Translations under genes and position numbers: made by a program
Notes under the pieces: generated by a model
What the model was told of the DNA's origin: nothing
Seen by the model: only the letters and a program-made list of their open reading frames with translations
The model's database searches: none
Shown: in pieces, positions 21,331-33,482 of the stretch
Layout: every line of letters begins with the position of its first letter
Numbering within the stretch: position 1 is the stretch's first letter
Source of the DNA: Azolla caroliniana
Taxonomy: Eukaryota > Plantae > Polypodiophyta
Assembly: GCA_043228905.1 (NCBI GenBank)
Contig: JBHGNT010000009.1
Location: 14,570,001-14,634,000, forward strand
Reading direction: 5' to 3'
Length of the DNA stretch: 64,000 bases

Positions 21331-24300
21331 TCACAACCGGCTGCTATGGTAAATGTCTCCAGATATAGGTGGATGGTCATCAGATCCTGAATGCAATTTT
21401 GGCTTAGAAGGCACAATGTTACCATCTGTCTCGGGCTTCTTGGAGAGTTCAAATGACTTTTCAGCCAGGAACTTTGCAAAGCGTGATCCCTTCTCCATAA
21501 AGGACCCTTGCAGACGTGACCTGTTTTCCTGTTTGGGCAACATTCCTAGGAATGGGAAATCCTGCGTTGACTTCAGAGGTGTTGGTGGTACCAAGGCCCA
21601 GACAGCTGAGAGCTGCTCATTAGGACTACCCAGTGCTGACAAATACGATAGATCTTTCATGTCTGAGACGTAACCCAGATGAAATCACAATAAAGAAAAA
21701 ATTAGCACACGTACGAAATATGAGGCAAAAGGAAATGGAAATATATTCTCTTATTGACCCACCTCCAGATGAATATAAGAAAATGGGCTTCAAGGCTGCA
21801 GACGGTATGCTAAAATTAAGGTGAGGAATGACAGTACCTCCACTATGTCTTGCATTACTGTAAATCACCCTTATAAAATGTCAGGAAACATAGGAACAGC
21901 AATTAGCCATAATGTCAGAACCTCCACAAGAAACATTGCCCCAGAACAACCTTGTCACAAGCCCTATCATGTGTCCATGTTCATTCACCACTGCCCCTCC
22001 ACTTCCTCCAGGATGTACAGCCGCTGTTGTCTCAAGCATCACAGGTGGCTCTTCTGAAGAACCTCTGAATTGCGAGAAATTCCCTGTTCTCACTACTCTG
22101 GAAACCACTCCAGCACTGAGGGAAGGGCAGAGATCTGGAAACAAAACATAAATCCAAACAATCAGAAATTCCAAATGGAAACATGACAAATAATCTGAAA
22201 GAGAAAGTATAAATACACTGTTTATGAGAATAACCTGATCGTGGACCAAATAAGCCGTGGCCAATAACAACGGCTGGTGCACCTGGAATAGGGTATTCTT
22301 CTTCTGGTTGTATTGCTTGTAGACCAGGAGGCAATGTCTCAATCTGTAAGAGTGCCACATCAAGAGGTCCTCGTGATACATAGACTGCCCTAGCATCACA
22401 CCAAGTCCGTGGTTTCGGATGCTCAATCCTTACCCTTATCTTTCTGTAGCTCCTATAATTAATCTCTGATGCTGGATGAACTACCACACTGTCAATAGCT
22501 GCAATGCCATCTGTTTGAACAGCAGCATGTATACCCACATTCTGAACAGGAAATTCAACATCTAGCTTATCAAAATATTTTCTAGAGGTATTCAGAGAAT
22601 CAGTATCAAGTTTCGGTCCACAAAAACGCATGAACGAATGAGAACTGGCAGAAACTGTGAGCTCCTTTTGGCTTTGTGAATGTAAAAACTGAGTTTTGCC
22701 AAAACGCCAAGGTTCCAGTAAGTGTGCATTTGTGAGAACAAGGCCCTTATCATTTATAAGTACTCCCGATGCCCATGCTCCATCACCAACTGTTACAAGA
22801 ACCACTGACGCTATAGCTTTTTCAATACCAGGCAATAAATGCAAGTGATCTGTACTTCCATGAAGCTCTTTATATTGGTCCAGAGTCCTGGCTCCACATG
22901 CAAAGCTTGGAGATTTTGTTAATCCATAATTCGAAGACTTGGAGAAGCAGCATGCTTGTAGATCAATTCCAATACTTTTCAAAGCCGGTGCAAGTGCATT
23001 CCATGTTATAACCAGCTACACATACATCATACAATGATGACCTCTATAGCAATAGCGATTCATAAACTGTATAAAGTAGAATTACCTGTACTTCTGCACC
23101 ACCACTTCTTTGTCTTAATGGTCTAGCAAGAATTCCAATAAAAGCACCATCCCGATTGAAGGCTGGTGCACCCTCCATACCTACATTATACATTGGTTTT
23201 GTATGTTTGACCTAAATGACTGTTCCAGGATAAAAAGAATACATGGAAGGTATTGTTGCCAGATGTAATCTAAATATTATTTTTAGAATACCTGGAAGAC
23301 ATCGTATATCGGCCATTAATAATGACGCCTGTGAATTTCCAGGAGGCCAGATATTTGCTATAATCCCCACAACCATGCTGTTGAAATAGAACAGAATGTT
23401 TGTTAGTTTTCGACTCCTTAAGTGCCGTATAGAAGATCAAGTGAAATTATTTTTTGACCTGTTAAAGAAATGGAGGGGAGACAAAACTCCAAAGGGAGAA
23501 CCAACAATGAGCAAGAAATCTCCCTTTCTGCATGGTTCAGCCAAAATCAATGTTGGCTTAATCTGCATAAACAGGAAGGCCCTGAGCAGCAAACCCGGGG
23601 AAGAGAAGGTTATGTAGCAAGATGAAAAATTAAAGTATTGAAACCATGAGTTATTCGACAGACTACAGGTCAATTACCAGGAACAATTTTAAAAATTACA
23701 AATAGACGACAAAATGATGTGTTAATCCTATCTCTTATTTTAATATGCCATTGTCGTCACCATTAAACTTTCCATGATGGATTAAAAAACAGTGCATGCA
23801 TTCTATGACAAAACATTTGGGTAAATTTGTGTTCACATATTTCTTCACTATCCAATATTGTTGTGAAACAGTTCTTTTATTCCATCACCCTTGTTATCAA
23901 TATATCAAAATCATTATTACCCAATTTTGAACATGCATATAGAACCTAAAGATGTTATCTGCTTAACCTCGTCACCCTTATTATCGACACATCAAGGCTA
24001 TTGTTACCAAATATGAAATGTGCCTCCCCACTAATTTACATATATTTATTCTGGTTTGTTCTTCTTAGAGGAGACAACATTTTAAGATGTATCAATCAGT
24101 CTCATATGCCTCTTAAAAGACATTGATATATCTTTCTCTTGATATTATAAGCTTGGAAAACACAAAAACATGATTCAGCCCCACAAAATCTCTAGGTAGG
24201 AAGATGGCCCACTATAAGACACTTTTTACACACATTGGAGGATGGATTCATCATCAGGCCCTCTTATATGGACATACATCTATCCTCTGTGCTGCACAGT

Positions 24301-27300
24301 GTGATAGGGCAGCTGCAAACTTCTTCACACCATTTAGAGATTTGAGGTTGGCAGATATGCATGAATACTTCTAGAAGAAAGCATTTGCCAATTGTATCAT
24401 TAGGAAGTGGAATCTGAAGAACATTATGTAATTTGTACTGTTTTTATGAAATGGGAGGGAGATACCATTGCCTATTTAAGCAAGACTTTAGCCCACTACC
24501 CAAGGTAATGGAATACAAGACCGACAGTGCCTAGGGCTTTTATTGCTAGAACTCAAGACACATAGGGAGAAGTTGTTAAAAGGACAAGAACACAGCCACA
24601 GAAGCTCATCATAAAAAGAACAATCTCAACTTCTTTTAGCCCCTCACTCCTCATGCTACTAGTCAATCAAGGGCTACATAAATGGCTCCCAACCAGAACA
24701 TTATAACGAGGGTTATAATCGATCGGGCAACAGCAATCTTTCATGCATGTAGGTCCCGGCCTCATGAACCACGATCTCACCACCCTCGTTGACAAATAAA
24801 GAACGTTATCTCTCACCATCATATGTGCTTCCCTCACTTCAGAGACCTCTCCATTCTGGATCGACCTATGCTAGAGATCTTTCGAAGAAAAACTCCAAAA
24901 TATCTGATTTGAGAATCTAACATGTATGGATGAGGAGATTCTTTAGCCACGTCATGTACTATTTCTATTTACTTTTTACTTTGTTGCGCTTATTTTGGTT
25001 TGTTCTTCTCAAAGAAGACAAAATTTTAAAATGTAATCTCTTGTTTGGTATTAGACGCTATTTTGACCTCTTAAAAGACATTAATTATCTTTCTTCTTTC
25101 TTTATTTCTTTTTATTGTTCGAGCTCATTAGCTCATGCAGAGACTAGAACCTTTTGGCAGCTAGAGGATCAGTTATATAATGAGAATCTATGCACTATAG
25201 TGTTAGGAAAAGTGCATGCTCCTAATGGGTTGCCGGATGCAGTGGCTAGCACAATTGCAGTGAAACAAGGATGTCCACTATCATCCACTCCCTTCATCTT
25301 TACAGTGCTGCTATATCTAATTAAAGAGAGAGATTGGGTGGTTCACGAGTATGCTTGGTGGGGATAGCCATACAAATATTACAGTATCCTGATGACATTG
25401 TGTTGATCTCTTGACTCCCGAGAGGAACTCCAAACACATCTAGATGTTTTAAAATCATTTTTCATTGGCAGTTTTGTCGGTGAACCTTGATAAAATTTTA
25501 AGTGATGGTATTTAACACAACCCAAGCTTGGGTAACAAGATCAGAGCTGCAATTCTTCTTGGGAGGAAAAGAGTGGACCGATCTAAACTTATATCATTAA
25601 ATTGGATGATGAAAAAACATGGATCAGCCCAAGTCGTCGCTTGGTGGAAAGATGGGCCGCTATTATGCCCTCATTTTACAGACATCACACAATGGATTAA
25701 TCATCAGGCCTTATATGGATGCACATCTATCTCTGCACTCCATAGTGTGACTGGGCAACTAGGGCCTCTTCACATCAATAGAGATTGGGATACTTAGAAA
25801 TGCACGCAAATCTATGGATTAATGGATCTTCCAATTGTGCCATTGGGGAGTGGAATTGGAGAAACACTATGTTCTTTTATGGAAACAAAGGGAGATACCA
25901 TTGCCTCTTCAAATAAGGCTTTGGCCCAAGTACAATGGATTAATCATCAGGCCTTATATGGATGCACATCTATCTCTGCACTCCATAGTGTGACTGGGCA
26001 ACTAGGGCCTCTTCACATCAATAGAGATTGGGATACTTAGAAATGCACGCAAATCTATGGATTAATGGATCTTCCAATTGTGCCATTGGGGAGTGGAATT
26101 GGAGAAACACTATGTTCTTTTATGGAAACAAAGGGAGATACCATTGCCTCTTCAAATAAGGCTTTGGCCCAAGTACAATGGATTAATCATCAGGCCTTAT
26201 ATGGATGCACATCTATCTCTGCACTCCATAGTGTGACTGGGCAACTAGGGCCTCTTCACATCAATAGAGATTGGGATACTTAGAAATGCACGCAAATCTA
26301 TGGATTAATGGATCTTCCAATTGTGCCATTGGGGAGTGGAATTGGAGAAACACTATGTTCTTTTATGGAAACAAAGGGAGATACCATTGCCTCTTCAAAT
26401 AAGGCTTTGGCCCAAGTACAATGGATTAATCATCAGGCCTTATATGGATGCACATCTATCTCTGCACTCCATAGTGTGACTGGGCAACTAGGGCCTCTTC
26501 ACATCAATAGAGATTGGGATACTTAGAAATGCACGCAAATCTATGGATTAATGGATCTTCCAATTGTGCCATTGGGGAGTGGAATTGGAGAAACACTATG
26601 TTCTTTTATGGAAACAAAGGGAGATACCATTGCCTCTTCAAATAAGGCTTTGGCCCAAGTACACGAGATAATGGAATACAAAGAGCAATGGTGCTTGAAA
26701 CAACAATACAACCACAACAGCTCATCAACAAAGAGCCCTCGCAAATTTCTTACGCTCCATCATTCCTCCTGCTACAAGTCAATCAAGCAATACACAAGTT
26801 GGATCTTGACCACAATACTCAAGAGGGCTCTTGTTAGAACTTAAGTCATATATAAAGAGAGATTTATGCAAAACAATACAAATGCAACAGCTCATCAACA
26901 AAGAAACATTGCAACCTTCTTCAGCTCCATCAATCATCATGCTGTGAGTCAATCATGGACTACACAAGTAGGGTTTCAACCACAACATTCAAAAGGGATT
27001 ACAATATATGAGACAATAGCAGTGTGTCCTCCAAGACCAAGACCCCATCAACAGATAAAGACCATTATTGCTTAACACCAATGTGCTTCCCTCCATCTTG
27101 ATTCAAGCCATATTGGCAATTTTTAGACAGCAGAAGTTCCAGATGTTAAAGTGCTTAGCTAACAAGAAGTTTTGGTATTTTGGGCAGTTCAACTAATTTA
27201 ATTATCTTTCTTTTGGTTTCTTGTTGTCAAAGGTGAGACAACATTTTGAGATATAATCTTTCTTAAAGTCTCATAGGCAATTTTGGCCACATAAAAGACA

Positions 27301-30300
27301 ATAATATATCTTTCTTTCTGACGTTCAAATCCAAGTTTAATCATTTGAATAATTATCTCAGTGTGTACTCGGTAAAAAGGTGATAAAGTTCAGCAATGTT
27401 ATTTCAAGATAACCGTTGCAAAATAGGTCTGGAATTATATAACCATAAACCCATATAATATTAGCAAGTAAAGGTGGCCATAAAAAATGAGATACTTTCA
27501 ATTACATTACCAAAAGAGTTATAGAATCTCATTTACCTTTAGTTTCCCAAAAGGTAAGCCAAAAAGAGTTATAGAATATCTCATTTACCTTTAGTTTCCC
27601 AAAAGGTAAGCCCAACACAGCAATATGTGTTGCCATCGCAAGATTATCATCATTCCTTTCCACACCAGTGCCGTTCTCCAATTCATAACTTTTTAAATGC
27701 ATTGCACTGTCCATTTCCTAAAATGTTTAATGAAGATAACATCATCAGTGGCAGTAATTTAATATAGGAAAAAGTACAACAATAACTTTAAAACCCACTT
27801 TACTGGAAAAAATATGTGTTCCTTGTGATCTAGAAGTATCCATGTGCGTTAACGCCCAACCCACTTGCCAAGACCCATCAGATCTACCACCATGTGCATC
27901 CAATAAAGCCTGCAAAGCTGTTCCAGCTAAAGGTACTGCTACCTAAAAGGAGAAAATAAAATATCAGAGGGATTTTATTCTGATTTATATCATTAAGAAA
28001 ATTTATAAAAAGACAAACTTTACCAGGAAAATTAGCTTTGCTGATAACCAAGATGAAGAATTATTTGCAAAAGGTGTTTCATCATTTGAGGAGCCTCGAT
28101 ATGGACTCTATTCAGGAAATTATAAGGCTTCAATGAGAGAATACACCAACACCCTATTTGACAAAAGACCGACTGCTACTGCAGTCACTATAATACATTT
28201 TATGTCCCCCAGTAAACAGATGATCCATCATCTATAAAAGTCAAAGACCACTATAGCTATACAGTAAAATCAGATTAGAAAGAATTTTGGTTATCGACAG
28301 TAGTTGTAATAGTAATATCTTGAGTAAAATATGCAAACCTAACCACCTCGATCATCTATAAAACTCAAAGACCACTATAGCTATATAGTGCAATTAGATT
28401 AGAATGAATTATGATTATCAACAGGGAGTAACAATAGTAATATCTTGAGTAAAATATGCAAAGCTAACCACCTCAAACTGCTCCAAGAGGACGTCCACTT
28501 GAGTGCCAGCAATCAATGTGGGGGTTTTTACCATCTGCAACTCAATAGAATGAAAAATGTAAATTCTAATTTCGAATGGATATTCCTTGGAAATGAATCA
28601 ACCACAAGGGAAATGTATATACCTTTGTAGATTCCGATAAATGTCCTTTCTGAAGAAATGGTTCCACGATTGATGCACATGTTAATACAACTGAATAACC
28701 CTCTCCTTGCACATTCTCAGGGTTACAGTGTAGCAACCATCCAGATGCCGAGAGTGTAGTATCACCAGACCTAATAAAGTTAGACTTCTATAAACCACGA
28801 CTTTAACCGAAAAATGGTATAGCTCAACATCAACAAAATTCTGCTAGAGTGCATAGGAAGTCTTGATACTTCCTTTAGAAGCTAATAAAATCTTAAATAC
28901 TGGCATAAGATTCATTACAAAAGCTACTATGCAGAAGTTTCTGCTTCATTTAGAAGTGGCATAAGATTATTTAAAATACCAGCAAAAAAGAATATGTCAT
29001 TCTACGCACAAAATTGTTTAAATAATAGGATCAATTTGAGTCACGCATGCTGTCATTGCTACAGAATAGAAAGCATTAAATTCGTAATGAAAAAAGGAAA
29101 CGATCATGAATATCTTTTCTGAAATATAGAACAGCATAATTAGGGATTTCTGAACAATTAAACAGCAGGCAACACTGGAGACAGAGAAGAATGATGAAAT
29201 GCAGCATTGGAATAGGAATTCTGAAGAAAAATGAAGGAAAGAAAAAAAATTATATGAACATCTCTAAAGAGACTAAAATGGCCCATGAGACCAAACAAGA
29301 AACCACATCTTAAACCAAAATAAGTATAACTAAATTATCAAAAGATGGAAGGATATTTATTTATTTATTGAGTTTTGCTTTTCCATAATAAATATAATAT
29401 TAAATGTTTTTGGCATGAAGGAAAAAACAACTATGTTTCTCCTTTCATGTGGTTATAAAAGCATGTCGACAGCGACATAAATTTGGGAAATATTAAAGTG
29501 ATATTGAGGGGCTGCATCAAAGATTTGATTGCAACTTTCAATCCAGCTGTTCAAAGAAGTGAATTTCACTGAGGTTTCAATGTATTGCATTGTACAATTA
29601 GGAACTCAAAACATAAATAATAATTCTTATAAATTAGATATCCGTGAATCATAGATTCATAAATGACAAGACCACCAAAGTTATTCTCTAAATAATTTTT
29701 CTACTGTTTCTGAATGGTCTGTTTTGTTAACATGTTAGAAAGCTTCATATACATTTAAACAAAAAATTGTCCTCCTTTACTCTCAATGGAAAAATTAATT
29801 AGAAAAGAGCAATGTATAATATCGTGAAAATGAGATCAAGCTCCAATGCACAACATCACTTCAAAGTCCTCAGCATACCTTGCGGACTTTGAAAATGCAA
29901 ATATATGACACAGGTCATTTAAGAACTTGTCACTTGAGAACTCAGATCTCAAGTGCTAGTCTCCAGAAAGTACTCAAATACTCATCATATCATGTATGTA
30001 TACAGAGACTTAGGAGTATCTAGCACTCGAGTACCGAGTAACCAAACGAAGGACATCCTGTCTTCTTACATTGTTATACCTTAGGGATTAGTTGCCAATA
30101 CTATGCACTTAAATGAGCAATTATTAAAAAGAGTTTTTGCAGATGATTAGTTCTCCATCTTGTAGTTCGATTGTTAAGTCTTAAGTGCTTCTATCTTGGA
30201 TTTCAGTTCAATGGGATCTAGTTCGAGAATATTATATATTGATACAGTCTATATATATTTAATCTAATTTTTGCATGCATAGAAATCTAAAGAAAATGCC

Positions 30301-31136
30301 TTTCAATCCAAGTTTTACATTTACCCCATACCTACAATACTCACTATGCATATAGCAGGATAATTATGATCACAGAATTTAAGCAACATCAATCCTCAAT
30401 TTTGCTTGTGCCGCACCAAGAAATTAACAGTTTGATATCACTTCTCATGTATTACTTTTCCAAAATATCGCCATAAGATAAATAAAATCCAGTGAAATAG
30501 GAACGTTACATATACATACTGTGCATGGTGAAATGCATGGTTCCGCATCTTTCTGCTTTTTGGATCCTGGACAAATAAAAATAGATAGCATTGTCAGGAT
30601 CATTATTTGCATTATTAGGCTTGAGAACATCTCCTCAAAAGAAAACTTATCTCAAAATAATAATAAGTATACATAGCTTCAATAAACTCTTTTACTGCTC
30701 AAAAAACATCAACACTGTACATCCTCTAGTATTTCTATTTTCATATCCTCTTTTTACAAACTGTTCATATGTACATCATCCCCAGATATAGTGATCTTCG
30801 CTATACCTGGATGTCATAATATCATTATATAAACATAGATTGAATCCGAGTCCCATTGAGAGTCGCTGAGGAACCCTATAAACTCGTGACAGCCAAGGAA
30901 ATGTTACGAAGTGAGCTTCGGCTTTCTGGTTCATGACACAGAAAGCTACGACACGTATGCCTTCTGTGCCAGGGCACAACCACCATTGAGGCGTGTTTTT
31001 TTTATTGAGCTTCCTTTCGAACATAGACAGAAGACGATAGAGGAAGATAGAGGATTTAGGGATTACTCACAGGTCCATGCACACGAACCATGACTGCAGA
31101 AGAGAGGGGTGCGACAGGTATCTCCCGGGGCACCAT
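21331..31136 (-). CDS. DEG15: Glyoxysomal/peroxisomal processing protease DEG15 (trypsin-like serine protease), 14 coding exons: 31071-31136, 30520-30566, 28623-28770, 28472-28534, 28024-28107, 27799-27942, 27589-27717, 23459-23562, 23292-23377, 23086-23180, 22235-23015, 21951-22134, 21763-21857, 21331-21662
   Basis: GT-AG exons join in frame (2358 nt). Motifs [54 protein letters not shown] (His), LDVALL (Asp), [13 protein letters not shown] (Ser), [10 protein letters not shown]-terminal SRL is a PTS1. Confidence 0.93.
24040..27320 (+). mobile_element. Degenerate RTE-type LINE fragments in DEG15 intron 7
   Basis: VKQGCPLS and YPDDIVL RT motifs (25260-25410). C-terminal [20 protein letters not shown] region at 24300-24540 and 25690-26700. 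Related 3' ends at about 24060, 25010 and 27230. Confidence 0.7.
25689..26663. repeat. Perfect tandem array, 243-bp unit x4
   Basis: ACAATGGATTAATCATCAGG starts at 25689, 25932, 26175 and 26418, and the ORF-track translations are identical. Confidence 0.97.
27511..27612. repeat. About 52-bp tandem duplication spanning the DEG15 exon 7 donor site
   Basis: AAAAGAGTTATAGAAT(AT)CTCATTTACCTTTAGTTTCCCAAAAGGTAAGCC occurs twice. Confidence 0.9.
28227..28474. repeat. About 125-bp diverged tandem duplication including the DEG15 exon 4 donor site
   Basis: ATCATCTATAAAA.TCAAAGACCACTATAGCTATA...CTAACCACCTC occurs twice. Confidence 0.88.
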
Positions 31137-31399
31137 AACTGATGAAAATATGTATGTATTTTAGACAGAAGGCTTGTGTTCTCTTGGTACACCTCCGTAT
31201 TCCGCAAGAAGAGGTAAGACCGGTGTCAGGAAATCCTCGCCATCGCCATCTGTGAGGCCTGGAGAGGAAGAAGCTTTGTGTAGACTCTTTCTGTCGCTGT
31301 GAGCTCTTGATCTTCTTCTTCCTACTTTCTTTCTTTCTTTCTTTCTTCTTAATAGGAGAAGGGGTGGGGTGGGGGGATATGATTCATGAATGATTGACA

Positions 31400-31580
31400 A
31401 TCGCGAACGGTTCGGTTTCGGCTTAATCGGTTTGTCCTTGTCCAAACCAAACGGGTTAAGCTTGCCTTTAACCGGATTGGAAGTTTTCAAACTTGAACGA
31501 AACCGGTTCCTAAACCGGTTAAGAACCGAGCCAAACTGTTTAAAAGCGGTTTAACAACTCGGTTTAGGCTTAAACAAAGC
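31400..31580. repeat. AACCG/CGGTT-rich subterminal-like repeat (MITE/hAT relic) upstream of DEG15
   Basis: Dense AACCG, CGGTT and AACCGGTT motifs in both orientations. Confidence 0.4.
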
Positions 31581-32282
31581 CATTGTCGACTCCTAGTGGT
31601 GGACTTTTTAAAACCAAAGGCATACATACATGCATATCTATCTCCCAATAACACCAGCAAAAGAGTTAGAGAAAGATCATCTCCCCCCCTCCCTGTGCAT
31701 CTGTCATGCTACTTGTTACCTCATCACGATCCTAGTAGCACTCGCTAACCATCAACAAGACTATTCATCTTATCACATGGCTGAGCATTTGCTTGCCGAC
31801 ATCAAAATCGAGTCCATTCGAAGATGGTGTGTGTGTGCATTGATTGCATGACACTTGACAAATGTGTCTTGCGGAACATTGTGCAAAGACTTTCATCTAT
31901 TCAAGAGGAGCAAGATTACAATGACTCAAACCATTCGAGGTGGATGTCACTATTTGATACAGAAATCGTAAAATGCACTCAACTTGTGAATCTAGGGCTT
32001 GGACGACCTTAAACTCATTTCGGGAATCCAAGAGTCAAGACTATCAAGGTTGTCCACTATTTTATATTTAAGGAAAAAGTAAAGTAAAGAAAATGAAAAA
32101 AAAATAAAAAAATCGGGAAGAGTAAAAAAAGAAGAGAGAAGGGCAAAAAGTAGAGAAAAGGAAAAAAGGGAAAAAAATCGGGAAGGGCAAAAAAAGAAGA
32201 AAACATAACTTTTTAGGGGGAAATTTTTGTATTCTCTTTCTCTTCTGTCTCTATCTCTCTTTCTTTTTTCTCGTAATTATCT

Positions 32283-32465
32283 TACCCTAGTGGTAAGTTA
32301 GTAACACTACAAGCACTGCGTCATGGGTTTGAAACCCAATTTTCTCGCCTCTCTATTATATACTTCATATACTCTTATTTCTCTAGATGCCAATGTGGAA
32401 TGTAGGGGTTGAACCCATGACCACTTGGTCTCCATTGGGCAACCTTACCAACTGAGCTACATCCA
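32283..32465. other. Two convergent degenerate tRNA-derived (SINE-like) sequences
   Basis: Plus strand CCTAGTGGTAAG...CATGGGTTTGAAACCC; minus strand GTAGCTCAGTTGGTAAGG...GGTCATGGGTTCAACCCC. Confidence 0.5.
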
Positions 32466-32469
32466 TCTA

Positions 32470-32525
<56 letters not shown>

Positions 32526-33192
32526 ATAGCGCTGAAGAAGAATATGGGAAGTTACTCAACAATTTCTCTAAACACAAGAGAGCACATGCATGTGCTAAAT
32601 TTTGGGGAAATCTAAAGGGGAAACATGTCGAGAGTTATGGTAGCTTATTTATATAGGTTATCTCTTATCGGAAAGATGATTTGTTAAGGTTCTCTTTCAC
32701 ATATATCTTCATTCTTTACGATTGAAGAATTTGTCCCCTCAAAAGGCAAGCGATCTTCAATGTATAAAGGCTAAAATGCTCAAATGGACGGGAAAGGAAG
32801 CACATGCATAGATAAGCGATATGTTTAATCATGCATTGCAACATGGTATGTCATATAATTGGATCAAACCTTTACATAAAGGTGGAGATGTAAATAATAT
32901 AAACAACTATCGAACCATCATGGCTAGCTCACTAATGGCAAAACTATTTTGATGTATAATGGAATCAAAGATAAGTGCATGGGTTGAAAGAAATGGTTAA
33001 GAGAGCTTATGGACAAGCTAGCTTTCGAAAACACCATAGCACCATTGATCACTTTGTCACCCTTCATGTATTAATCATAGTTCGTGACATACTTCCCATT
33101 CGTGACATACTCATACGTGAATATTCATATCATACTCATACATGAAATGGCTCCAAGTATGATTGAAATCTACTCATCTATATTTATATTTA

Positions 33193-33442
33193 GAAAATTG
33201 GTAAATTCACAGTTTTTTTTTTAGTTCAGAAATATGATTATTTGCACTACAAATGAATTTGTGTGCTCACTCACAGTATGTACAACCTTTCTAAACAGAG
33301 GCACGAAAATTACTCGCTCGCTTGCTCACAGTTTATATACACACACTCACTCACAGGTTTGGTATAGAAAGGGAGAAGAGAAGAGAAGTAATTGCTCGCT
33401 CGCTCGTTTGCTCCTCCCTCCCTCCCTCCCTGCATATTATGC

Positions 33443-33482
<40 letters not shown>

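Noticed and set aside
22032-22982. Stand-alone 316-aa protease gene from the ORF track
   Set aside because: This is DEG15 exon 11 read through into the next intron.
25689-26663. CRISPR-like array or repeated small genes
   Set aside because: The units are fully identical with no spacers, the context is a eukaryotic intron, and the ORFs are off-frame readings of a dead LINE.
31630-32012. Divergent gene upstream of DEG15
   Set aside because: Short ORFs with no recognisable motif or splice structure.
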